Of a DNA stretch of 64,000 nucleotides, positions 48,301-58,379 are shown piece after piece. Source of the stretch: Hyaloraphidium curvatum SAG 235-1 (Eukaryota > Fungi > Monoblepharomycota). How positions within the stretch are numbered: the first letter of the stretch is position 1; each line of letters opens with the position of its first letter. A program made the translations under genes and the position numbers. The notes beneath the pieces were generated by a model. That model saw only the letters and a program-made list of their open reading frames with translations, did no database searches and was not told where the DNA came from. The stretch spans positions 558,001 to 622,000 of the forward strand of contig JAIVFI010000006.1 in assembly GCA_025558095.1 (NCBI GenBank), given 5' to 3'.

Positions 48301-51300
48301 AGGTGGCCGAATAGGTAGTCCGAGTCAACGCGCGAGGTGTCGATGCCAGGCGCGACCTCCACGCCCAGCTTGGACAAAAACTCGGGCAGATCCGAGGCCG
48401 AGATGTAGACGGTCACGGGGGACAAGCTGATTTCGGCGACCGCAGCCCGAAGCTTCCGCCGCGCCCACGAGGCTGCCTTTTCCTTGCCGGTCTGGGCGGC
48501 GCCAAGCCCCGCCATCGCGGCGGCGGCGGCCGCCTTGCGCTCCCGCCGCTTCGTCTCCATGGTCTCCTTCTTGGCGAGTCCCTCGGGCCCCGGCTGCGGT
48601 CGGCGCTTACGGAAGCTCACGACGAACCCGTGCCATCGCTTCGGGGAGCCATTCTTGCTGTAATGCCGCTTCTCGACGCGGTGCGGCCGCCACGTGTTGC
48701 GGGCCCTCCTGGTCTTGTTCGAAGCCTCCCTGTCCTTGACCGGAGCAGTTGAAATGGTTGGGAAAGTTGGGGTTGAATCGGGGTCCCTGGCGGTGCTCGT
48801 CCTCCGCGCCGTTCCAGGTTCCGGCAGTGCAGCAGCCGCGGACGCGGCCCTCTTCTTCAGCGCCTCGTCCTGCTTTTCGAGCTCGTGCAGGGCGATGAAG
48901 CACATCTGGAAGCCGAAGGCTTCGTCCGCGGGGTTCGTGGATGAACGACACTTGTCGAGGTCATACTCGCTCATCCGCGCCACCAGAAGCTTCTCGCTTT
49001 CCCAGTGGGGCCGGTTCTGCCCCACCAATGCCGCCGCCGCCGCCTCGTTCATGTCCTCGGCGTGCTCGGGGACCCAGAACTTGGGTTTCTGCTCTGTCGA
49101 CCGAATCGTTGCCGTGGTCACGGCCGGGTAGCGGAAGGGGATGCTCCGAAGCTGTAGACGGTTTGCAACCACCCAGTCCCTCAGCTCCTGCAGCTCCACC
49201 TTTCGCAAGTCAGCCTTCTCCGCAGGTGAGGCCCGCGGCAGCGTCTCCCAAATGTTCTGGAGGTAGCTGCGCACCGCCTCCGTTTCCGCGTCGACCTTTC
49301 CGCGCGGCTTGCCCTTCGGCAGGTTCACGGTTCGCACCGCGGCCGCCACGGGGTTGCCCGCCTGCTTGTCCTGCAGGACCCGAGCGATAACCCTCCGCTG
49401 CGAAACGGTTGCCGGCACCGGCGGCTTCTGTTTTGAATCCCGGAGGTCAACGATCCGGTTCAGCTGCAAGCCTCTGAACGGCCGGAAAAGCCTCCCCAGC
49501 CCGACCCTGAGCTCCGTGGCCTCGGCAAGACCACAGCCAAATGCGCTTTCGAACGGGAAATTGGAGAAGTCGTCGTCCCCATATCCGAGCTTTGCCAGAG
49601 CGTAGCTGAGGATTGGGCCAATCCGCCTCCGGCCGACGCCCGCGTTCACCTCCCCGCGTAGGAAGCGACGGATGAGAACCTTGAGCGCAGTCAGCAGCCG
49701 CTGCGGCACGCTTCGAGCTCGGTTGAAAGCGACCTGCTCGGCATAGCGGAGCAAAGGTCCCTGCACGAAAAGCGGCCTGAGCTTTTCGTACGTCTCGCCC
49801 ACAAGTTCCCGCGCCTCTGCAAACGCAGCAACGGCCGCCTTGCGGACAAGCTTTGCCGCTGCGTTGTGCTCCGCGACGGTGAGAACGGACGGTGCGCCCT
49901 GATCAGCAACCTGCGAGAGATCGGGGGTGTCCTCAGCCGTAACCAAGTCCTCGTCCTCAATCTGATCCAGCTCGCCGTGCAAGAAGTCGGCCAAGATCTT
50001 GGCGCCGGCCTGGTCCTCGTCCATCGCGTCGTCATCGTCCTCGAAGTCAACGTCCTCGAGCACCTCGTCTCGATCGTCGTCGTTGGCTCCGAGGTCCGGA
50101 CCGCCGTCCACAAGCTGCTCCACTCCTGGCGCACCCGAATGGCCCGAGTATCTCGCCCCAGCACCGAGCCCGGCCGACTTCTGCTTTCCCGCGCGGCGGG
50201 TTCCAACAGCGGCGGACATCTGGCCGGCACCAAGCACGGCGTGGATGGCAATCTTTGCGACGTAAGACGGGGGAAAGCTGGCGAGCATGTCCTGCGTGAC
50301 GGATCCGTCTTGGTCCGGGAGCTCTTTGTTGTGGATCTGCAACAAGATCTTGGTCCAGATGATCTTGAACAAGATGGCGGCGAGGGTGCAGGCCTTGGTG
50401 ATGAGGGGCCCGACTTGCTCGTACGGGCCCCGCGCCCATGGGTGGCACACCTCGGCCGCCGGGAACCACTCGACGGCCAGCTCCGTCATCGTCTTGTATC
50501 GCTCGTGCTGGGGGTCGCCAAGTGCGAGGAAGCCGTTGAGCGCGACCCACCGCCGCTTCGGAGAGCACTCCTGCCGGTGCCTCCCGCCACCGGCGAAACA
50601 GAAAGGGCAGGACGAGCCGCCGAGGCCCGTAGGAATGTTGGCTTTGAGGTTTGTCGACGCGAACGGGACAATGTAGTGTGCGTTGGCAATGAACTGGCCG
50701 AACGACGTGGTGAGATTCCTTGGGGCGACCAAACTGTCCGCGGCGGCGGTCAGCTTCGCATCGGTCCCAGGCATGCATGGAAAGCGCGGTGCAACTCACG
50801 CCCCACGGTGGTTCTCCTCGACATGCTGCCGGAACTCACTCTCGAGGTCGAACTGATGTCCCTTCCCCGGGCACGCTCTGCAGGTGAGGTGCGCACCCTT
50901 GACGTGGTGGAGGAGCCGAAGCTCGGCGTCATAGACACGCTCCCGCGCAGCTCCGTCAGCCACCATCCCCGACGCCGCGACCTTGCGCCGCCGCCCAGCC
51001 TTCGCCGGGACTTCGCCTTCCACCTGCACACTGAAGGAACAGAGCGGACAATCCCGCTTCTGGATACGGCCGAAGTCCAGCAGTCCAACGGATTCCGCGA
51101 GGAAGTGGAGCTTGGCGTCGAGCGCGGTGCGCGCGGCCTCCTGCCGTGCTTCGGGGTTGCTACCGCGCACCAGCGCGGGCATACCGCACAAGTCCAGGGT
51201 AAAATCGCGCATCTTGGGCCCCGACTCCAGCAGCCGCAGCGTCACCATGGAAGAGTGTTCCCACCCGAGCTGCTCCGCCTTCAGGAACAGGGTTGCCAGC

Positions 51301-53879
51301 AGCTTATCGCCCTCTGCATCCAGTCCAGGTACGCCCGGGCTCATCTGGAAAAGGCCCGGGAACGAAAGCAGCTGCCGGGGCAAAAATCAGTTTGGGATTG
51401 CGGGGCTGCTCGACAGGAGATTGCACACCAGCACGGGAACGGAACCCGGATTCTCGATGGCGAGGGCCTCCTCGTTGGCCGCCATCGGGTTCCACACCGC
51501 CCAATCGAAGAATCTCTTGCGCCCTTCCGCATTGCGACTCGCCACACTATCCGGCAAACGCGCCGCCATGACTATCTTGCATCGCTGCGGGAGGGAGAGC
51601 GAAGCAAGGAAGTACTCCAGGCCGGGCGACGCATCAAAAAGCGAGCGGCCCTGCTGGTCCTTCAGCGTGCGGCACGCTTCCTCCAGTATCTGCCTAAGGT
51701 TCCTTGGCAAAGACTCGGTCGAAGCCGCGCGTTCGAGGTACTCCAACCGACAGACCTTCGAAATGGGCTGGTGAACATAATGCAGAGCACGACGTGCTGT
51801 CTCGGATGTTTCGAAGCTGTCCATGCGTGCCCTCCCGGCCGGGCCGAGCTGTCCCCAGAGAGAAACAGCGAGCGCACGTAGCCATTCTGGTCCACGACCG
51901 TTTCGTACAAGGCCCGATAGGAGGATGGCGAACCTCTCGTCCAGCACGGTGTCGTTTGCAAGGGCTGAGAGCGGAAACAGCTGTTTCAACGCGGCGCGGC
52001 TGGCTTTCTTGAACGAGACGTTAAGTTCCGGTGGGACGTCGGCATAGCGGGCGAGGTTATCCAGCTGGGAGATGGAGACGTCGGGGGCTGACGGCGGTCC
52101 CAGATCCGCGCCATCGTCCGCGGGGCGGAAAAAGGGAGGTGCCGGTGCGTCTGGTCCGATCAGACTGGGGGCGACCCGGCGCCGCCGGGCGACGATGTTC
52201 CGGAGGCGCGCGACGAAAAGCTCGCGCTCCAGCTTGTACCCCCGACCCGATGCCACCCGCTGACAGATGAACTCAAAAGGAGCTTCACCGAGGTTGGAGA
52301 GGCCCCCGAGGACGTCCGCAGCGTCGAAGCCCGCGGTCCTTTGAGCGGAGTCCGTGAAGTCGTTCCACGGCCCAAAGAATTCCCTCGCCGAACCATCGAC
52401 GTGGAGAACTTCCCTCAGGGTCAGCAAAGTGTGCTTTTGGTGCGGGTTGATGTGGGCGACGCCGAGGTTGCGAGCCTGCTCGGAGTGGGCGTTGTCGTGA
52501 GTCAGCGCGGTCTGCATGCCCGATGCGCAACCGTCATGGCAGTCCACCTCTTCAGCGAGCCGCTCGGCCGCGTTTGCTTCGGTCTGGGTCGCTGCTGCGC
52601 CCTCCATCGCGGAAGGGCACGTCTGAGGAGCCGGAGAAGCAAAGGCAGAGATCTGACCTTGTAGTGTGACCTTCCGCGCCACACATTTGCCGGCGGACGC
52701 GGATTCCGCGATGCGCACAAACTCAGCCTCGCTTAGCTTCAAGCAGTGCCGGAACGTCGCCATCAGATCGCCGTGGCCGACGATTTGAATGGCCCTCTCG
52801 ATGGACCGGACGAGATCCGGCACTGTCCTGGGGCAGTCCCGCCTCACGAGGTTCTTGATCGTGGCAAACACGTACTCGGTCGGGTTAAATTCCGGCGATC
52901 TCGGTCGCAGGTAGATGAGGCTCAGATTGTTGGCCTTTGCTACGGCCTGGACCGCAAGGAACGACTTGCCCGAGAGGTTCTTTATTATTGCCGTGCCGTC
53001 CGTGGTCTTCCTTGCCCGCAGAGGAGAGCCGTGGAAACCCGCATTGTCCAGGATAACGCCCAGGGACTCGGACCCACAAGCCCCGGCGCGAATAGTCTTG
53101 AGAAAAGCACAGAACCTCTCGGTGTTCATGTTGCCGCTGTAGATCTGGTACGAGATCACGTTTCCAGTGTGATTACCGGGTCGCGAAGTGGGTGAGATGG
53201 CGAGGCAAAGGGTCACCTTGGGGCCCCGGTTCCCTGGCAGGTATACGACGGCGGGAGTCCCCTTCTCCGAGTAGCCGAAGCGCCCCGGATCGTTGAGTTG
53301 GAATGAGGACTCGTCCAAGGCACCTAGGCGCCCCAAATCAAAGGAAGTGACCCTCTCGTGGAACATGCGGTGCCGCTCGGGTTGTTTCAGGGCTTCGGCG
53401 CTCTTAATGGTGAGCTTCTTCCTCGTGACCCTGTTGGCCTTCAGCAGCCGCGAGATATGCTGCTGCGACACCAAAACGCCAAACTTTTCCGCCAGGTCAG
53501 CAGCGAGCTCCCTTTGCGTCACGCGGACGCGAGCTTTGGCCTCGTCAACTACGTGCCGGACCATTTCCTCGGACACCTTGCGGAAGGCCTTGCGGGGATG
53601 GTCCGGAACGGTCTGAGCCCCACATCGGCGGATCCAACGGAAATACGTCGTTCGGTGAATTGCGAGTACAGCAGCAATCTCGTCCGGGCCAAGCTTGCCG
53701 GTCTGCTTGAGCCGAACCGCGGTTTCTGGCCCGCTCAGAAGCATGTTTTGGCCGTGCCGTTCCCCGATGCGACGCAGGAGGCACCACGCGCCTTTTGCGA
53801 TGGAGACTGTGCTCTAGCGGTTGCAAATTCGCACGCGGCGACTCCGGCAAGCTCGAGTAGCGGGACCTGTGTGTGAAAC
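45255..53879 (-). mobile_element. IS630/Tc1-mariner-type Fanzor transposon, 8625 bp, TA-flanked, imperfect 24-bp TIRs
   Basis: TA at 45253-54 and 53880-81. Ends GCTACACTCTCAGAAACTGCTACT and (reverse complement) GTTTCACACACAGGTCCCGCTACT match 16/24. The interval contains exactly the transposase-Fanzor gene. Confidence 0.7.
45372..53744 (-). CDS. Predicted ~2697-aa IS630/Tc1 transposase-Fanzor fusion. Exons 53744-51429, 51371-50800, 50733-47804, 47743-46177, 46127-45882, 45834-45372
   Basis: N-terminus: HTH (EIAAVLAIHRTTYFRWIRR), LDESSF, ILDNAGFH, SPEFNPTE. C-terminus: VVDVDPN, IAYGAARF..KG, VNEYLTSQMCSCC, CPLC..MRDVNS. Five GT-AG introns (57, 66, 60, 49, 47 nt) each restore frame; total 8094 nt. 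Confidence 0.82.
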
Positions 53880-53907
53880 TATGGCCGTTTGGGCAAAGCT
53901 TGCCCAC

Positions 53908-56773
53908 TAGGGTGCCTGGCACCAAAAAGTTGGGCATGCCCAAAGTGGGCATGCCCATGGGCATGCCCATGGCATGCCCATGGGCACCAATTGCGGATGC
54001 GCTGCCCACCGGGTGCCCAACAGCGAGCCCGTCGAGCGGGCAGGGGAGCCGGCCTAAGGGGTCAGGAGCCAGGGCCAGGACGCGGAATCTATCGCTCACG
54101 CCAAGCAAACGTGGATGAATTGATATAGTGATTCAATGAAATCATTCATCCGTAGAGCGGTCTCCGTTCCTTTTCTGCGAGGGTGTCGCGGTCGGCGGGT
54201 GGGGGGTTCGTCGCGAGTTCACCGGCTTTGCGAAGTCCTGAACATGGAGGACGAACTCGCGCCCAATGACAGCATCAGCGCAGTCAATGAAGGACGCAGC
54301 GACGAGGAGGAGAGCGGATCCGAGCGCGGCTCTGCCTCCTTGCGACCTTCCGTGGAGCGGGGCGATTGGGTGCGCCCGGCACCGGATCTCGACCCGCGAT
54401 GGGCGGGCTTCCTCGTCAAAAGGAAGGACGGGGTGAACAGGGGCAAACGCGTCACGGCCAAGTGCACTTTCTGCTCGGAGGAAATGGATGGCCGGCCAGA
54501 ACGGTTGGAGCAGCACATCGTTTCCAAGTGCAAGTCCGTGGGGGAAGAACGCGTCGCGTACCTTCGGCGCCTCAATCAGTACGACGAGGAGCAGAAGAAA
54601 AAGTCTGCTGCAGCGCCGCAGAGCAAACGCAGGAAGAGGAACGCGTTTTCTGACGCGTCGTCGACGCCGCCCTCGGCGTGTTCTGCGGCGGGCTCCGCAT
54701 CTGGCGCTGGAACTCTCCTGGCTCATTTCCATCCCCCTCTGTCTGCTGCCACTGCAAGTGCGGTGGATTTCGCGATCACCAAAGCTTTTGTGACCGGCAA
54801 CGTCCCGTTTCGATTCGCGTCGAATCCATATTTGCTGCAAGCTCTGGGGATCCTGAGCCCGGCGTACCGGCCCCTGACACGCCACTCTATTGGTGGTATC
54901 CTGACCCAGATCACTAGGGACGAAGCCCAGAAGTTGGTCGTGCTTTGTGGGACCGCAAAGTCGTGGACTCTGCAGCTTGACGGATGGGAAGATTCGTCTG
55001 GGGCCTCAATCTACGCGATGGTAGCCGTTACACCGGGCATGGAGCGTTTGTTGGACCTCTGGGATGTCACTCAGGATCGCCACAACGCGGAGCTTTTGCA
55101 CGAGAAGGTGAACATGTCGTGCCGCTCAATTGGCCTCAATCTCGCGGCCCCGGGCCCCGTGAACGCGTTCTGCACGGACAGTCCTTCCGTCATGAAGAAG
55201 CTTCGTCGGCTGGTGAGCACGGAGCACCCCCACATCATCGGCATTCGGTGTGTTCTCCACAACCTCAACCTGCTCGTCAAGGACATTGTGAAGCACGACT
55301 GGGCCACCTCCGTGATCAAAAAGAACCTCACTCTCGTCAATTGGATTCACAAGGCGCCTATGTGGCGCCGCTTGGCCCAGATTTGGGCCGGCAAGCACGA
55401 TGTTGCACACTCCCTCGCGACGCATACCGACTCGTGCTGGTACTCTCTCATTACGGTCTGCTTGGGCATTGACGCACATCAGCCGTGGTTCCGTCTTCTC
55501 CTCAGCCCGCAACACGCGCACGATGGCCTGGAACCCGGTGTACGGCCGACAGACGTTCCAGATCGGGTGCTGGATGTGGTGAAGGACCCGTATCACTTTG
55601 CCCACAATGCGGAGCTGATCCAGATCGTGAGGCCGATTGTGGATGCCCTAGGCCGCCTTGAGCATTCGGACGCGACCCTGGCAGACGTACTGATCGAGTA
55701 TTCGATGGTTGCTCGGACCTGGCGTGGTGTTAGTCCCGTTGTGGAGGGTGCCAGGGAAACATTCGCTCTGGCTAAGTTGTCGTTAAATGCCAGAGTCAAG
55801 GAGTTTGATCATGCGATCTACCTTGTTGCTCTCCACCTTTCCCCTGTTCACCGGAAGTTTTCTGTGACTGGGTGCCAGGTCGACGGCAGGGACAAGAAGC
55901 GGTGGCTCGAATGGGAGATTGGCAAGCTGCTGCTTGCTTGGAAGTTCCGACAGGAGGCCAGCTTGTCGGTCCTTGCCCAGCTGGATGACTATTTCTTCGG
56001 GCGCAACATGTTCAGCGGGATCGACGGCCAGGTTCGGACGGCAAGGGAGTTCTGGGAGACCTGGGGCTTGGGCACTACGGAACTCGTCTTTGTGCGCGAG
56101 TTTGCGCTCATGGTGCTTAGCATTGCGCCGCACAGTGCCGCGACCGAGCGCGTGTTTTCCAGTTTGGGCCTTGCAAAGACAGACTCGCGGAATCGAATGA
56201 ATTCCGCAACGTTGAAGGAAATAGGGCTGGTCAAGAGCGCATTGAAGCAGGAGATGAAGACCTTAAAGCCAAGGGTGCAATCTGCGGAGGAAAAGCCCTG
56301 GAGAACCCACGGAACCGATGACAACCTTGCCGACGTCCTGGATTCCTTGACCTTGGGCTCGGGAGCTCCTATCCGGGCCCTGGACCCGGAAAACGAGCAG
56401 CACCGAGATGTTTTCCACGCACTTTGGCCTCGCATTGATGCGGAGGAGGAGGAGTTCGAGGTGGGATTTGGGACAACTTCCGTCTTCCGCGCCGCGACAG
56501 GGCCCTATGTCTTGGAGAGTTTCCTCGACATTAATCAACTGCGCACTGCTGAGGAAGCCCAATTGGCTGCTGCTCAACCGCTGCGGGCTTTTGTTGAGGA
56601 GGGGGAGGCACAGATAAGCTTGGAAGCACTCTTAGCGCAGCATCGTGCACGTTCCTAATAGACTCTCTTCTACAAGTACATGATGGGCATGCCCATATGG
56701 TGCCCATGGGCACCGGATCAGGTGATGGGCATGCCCGTGGGCACGGTATTTTTTGAGCTTGCCAGGCACCCTA
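53908..56773 (+). mobile_element. Second copy of the hAT transposon, 2866 bp, 8-bp TSD TTGCCCAC
   Basis: Same TIRs. TSD at 53900-53907 and 56774-56781. Confidence 0.97.
54136..56658 (+). CDS. hAT transposase, identical translation to 32188-34710
   Basis: Identical 840-aa sequence in the ORF track. Confidence 0.95.
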   Translation: MKSFIRRAVSVPFLRGCRGRRVGGSSRVHRLCEVLNMEDELAPNDSISAVNEGRSDEEESGSERGSASLRPSVERGDWVRPAPDLDPRWAGFLVKRKDGVNRGKRVTAKCTFCSEEMDGRPERLEQHIVSKCKSVGEERVAYLRRLNQYDEEQKKKSAAAPQSKRRKRNAFSDASSTPPSACSAAGSASGAGTLLAHFHPPLSAATASAVDFAITKAFVTGNVPFRFASNPYLLQALGILSPAYRPLTRHSIGGILTQITRDEAQKLVVLCGTAKSWTLQLDGWEDSSGASIYAMVAVTPGMERLLDLWDVTQDRHNAELLHEKVNMSCRSIGLNLAAPGPVNAFCTDSPSVMKKLRRLVSTEHPHIIGIRCVLHNLNLLVKDIVKHDWATSVIKKNLTLVNWIHKAPMWRRLAQIWAGKHDVAHSLATHTDSCWYSLITVCLGIDAHQPWFRLLLSPQHAHDGLEPGVRPTDVPDRVLDVVKDPYHFAHNAELIQIVRPIVDALGRLEHSDATLADVLIEYSMVARTWRGVSPVVEGARETFALAKLSLNARVKEFDHAIYLVALHLSPVHRKFSVTGCQVDGRDKKRWLEWEIGKLLLAWKFRQEASLSVLAQLDDYFFGRNMFSGIDGQVRTAREFWETWGLGTTELVFVREFALMVLSIAPHSAATERVFSSLGLAKTDSRNRMNSATLKEIGLVKSALKQEMKTLKPRVQSAEEKPWRTHGTDDNLADVLDSLTLGSGAPIRALDPENEQHRDVFHALWPRIDAEEEEFEVGFGTTSVFRAATGPYVLESFLDINQLRTAEEAQLAAAQPLRAFVEEGEAQISLEALLAQHRARS

Positions 56774-57353
56774 TTGCCCACCCCAATTTCCGCGAACGAA
56801 ACGCTTGCCTAACTGCAACCGCACTCACCCCGTAACCGTTGGAGCGAGAACCAGCTAACCGGCGCGAAAGTTTCATATTTGCCGCTTTCTTTCTGCCGCC
56901 GTGGGGTGTGTGGGACGAAACACAGTGGTTTGCTGCTGGGTCTCGTTGACCGGGTGCCCCTCAGCGACGGCCAGGAAGACTGCTCAAGGCGCTGCTCAGC
57001 AGGCCTGGGTACGGCGAATGCAGTCTGCACATTGTTTTGGGATATGTACGCGGACCAGTGAGGCGCTGTAATCCGAGAACCGCGGGTTGAGCCCAGCACG
57101 GTGCTTTGGGCCTCCCGCCCTCGGCAGTTTTGCAAGCAGACAACGGAACAGATACATAGAGCGCATCAAATATGAAACATTTCCGGGTATTTCCTATTGG
57201 TTCCTGCTTTTGCCGTGGCCTGGGGGATGGGAGATTCGGCGCCCAGTTTTGTGTGCGGGGTGGGGCCGGGTGGGCAAGCTTTGGAGAAACGGCAATAACG
57301 CGCCGTGCGCAAGAGCTAGGAAACCCCTATCCGCTCCTGACCGGATCCCGGCA

Positions 57354-58304
57354 ATGGAGCTTGCTGCAATGGCCCCGCTGCCGACCGCCTCGGCAGAGAG
57401 CCCGCCAAAGAAGGAGCTGCCCGAGGGCGCGGACCCCGAGGACGGCCCGGACGCGCAGGACGGCGAGGACGGCGAGAGCGAGAGCGGCGCCGCGGACTAC
57501 AAGGACGGCCAACGCGTCTACCGCTGCCGATGGGAAGAGTGCGAGGAGGTCTTTCCTGGTCGGGACGGGGACGACCCGCGTCGGAGCGCGTTCTGAACCT
57601 GCCCGGTCCGCAGTCCTGGACGATCTGGTGAAGCATGTAAACGACGGTGGGCCTCGGGACGCGTCGGTTGCCGCTCTCCGGCACGAGAATGACGGCAACT
57701 TGACAGAGCACACGGCCAAGTTCAAGAAGAAGGGGGAGTTTGTCTGCAGCTGGCTCAACTGCCCGCGGAAAGGTGCTCCCCGCCCCGCCGCTCCCGCGAT
57801 CGGCGCCGACCCTCCCCCACAGGACTCTCGCAGGCCTCGCGATTCGCGTTGGTGACGCACATTCGCAGCCACACAGGTGTGTTGGGTCCGGCCGCTTCTT
57901 TGGCCTCGCTGACGGCGAGCCCGCAAGGCGAGAAACCGTACGTGTGCTCGGCGTGCAAGAAGGGTTTCAAACGGTCGGACGCCCTGGCGAAGCACAAGGT
58001 GCGGTGTCTGCAGCCCGCGGCCGAGGCGGCCGCGGGGCTGCCCGGGGGGACGGCCGGAGGCGCCGAACTGGGCTCGGTGTCGGCGATCACGGACCCCGAC
58101 GAGCTGCTCAGCTCGTTCGCCACGACGAGCAAGGAAAAGTACATGCTGCAGAAGGCAAAGTACCGCCAGCTGCTGGTGGAACGGAGGCTGCTGGAGGACG
58201 AGTACAGCGTCGCACGGACAAAGATCCTGCGATTGCGGGCCGAGAACGAACTCGCGCTCGAGCGCGTGACTGGGAGGTCTGCCGGAACGGCCGATGTAGC
58301 ATAG
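57354..58304 (+). CDS. Gli/Zic-type C2H2 zinc-finger protein with C-terminal coiled coil
   Basis: [61 protein letters not shown]. Confidence 0.88.
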
Positions 58305-58379
58305 CATGGTCGGAACTGATCGAACTGATGAGTATGCGTGTGTCTCAAAACGTGCCTCTTACCGCGCTGTCGCGCGGCC

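Larger units (their letters stand above)
53882..57295. mobile_element. Probable TA-flanked MITE (~540 bp without the nested hAT)
   Basis: After removing the hAT, the ends read TATGGCCGTTTGGGCAAAGCTTGCCCACCC and rc TATTGCCGTTTCTCCAAAGCTTGCCCACCC (26/30). An internal inverted GTTTCATATTTG lies at ~56869 and ~57167. Confidence 0.6.

Noticed and set aside
46725-51881. Long plus-strand ORFs 46725-48314 and 49866-51881
   Set aside because: Antisense shadows of the GC-rich minus-strand gene, with no recognisable motifs.
45372-53744. Reading the six ORFs as separate genes or as a frameshifted pseudogene
   Set aside because: Every break coincides with a well-formed 47-66 nt GT-AG intron that restores the frame and conserved motifs.
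32073-56773. Composite 24.7-kb transposon bounded by the two hAT copies
   Set aside because: Each copy has its own matching 8-bp TSD (AGGACGGG; TTGCCCAC), the outer flanks do not match each other, and the enclosed genes are ordinary housekeeping genes.
56881-57166. Possible structured ncRNA (SRP or RNase P-like) suggested by size and GCGCTGTAATCC
   Set aside because: No convincing SRP helix-8 or RNase P/MRP conserved regions found; better explained as MITE interior. An Rfam/Infernal scan would settle it.
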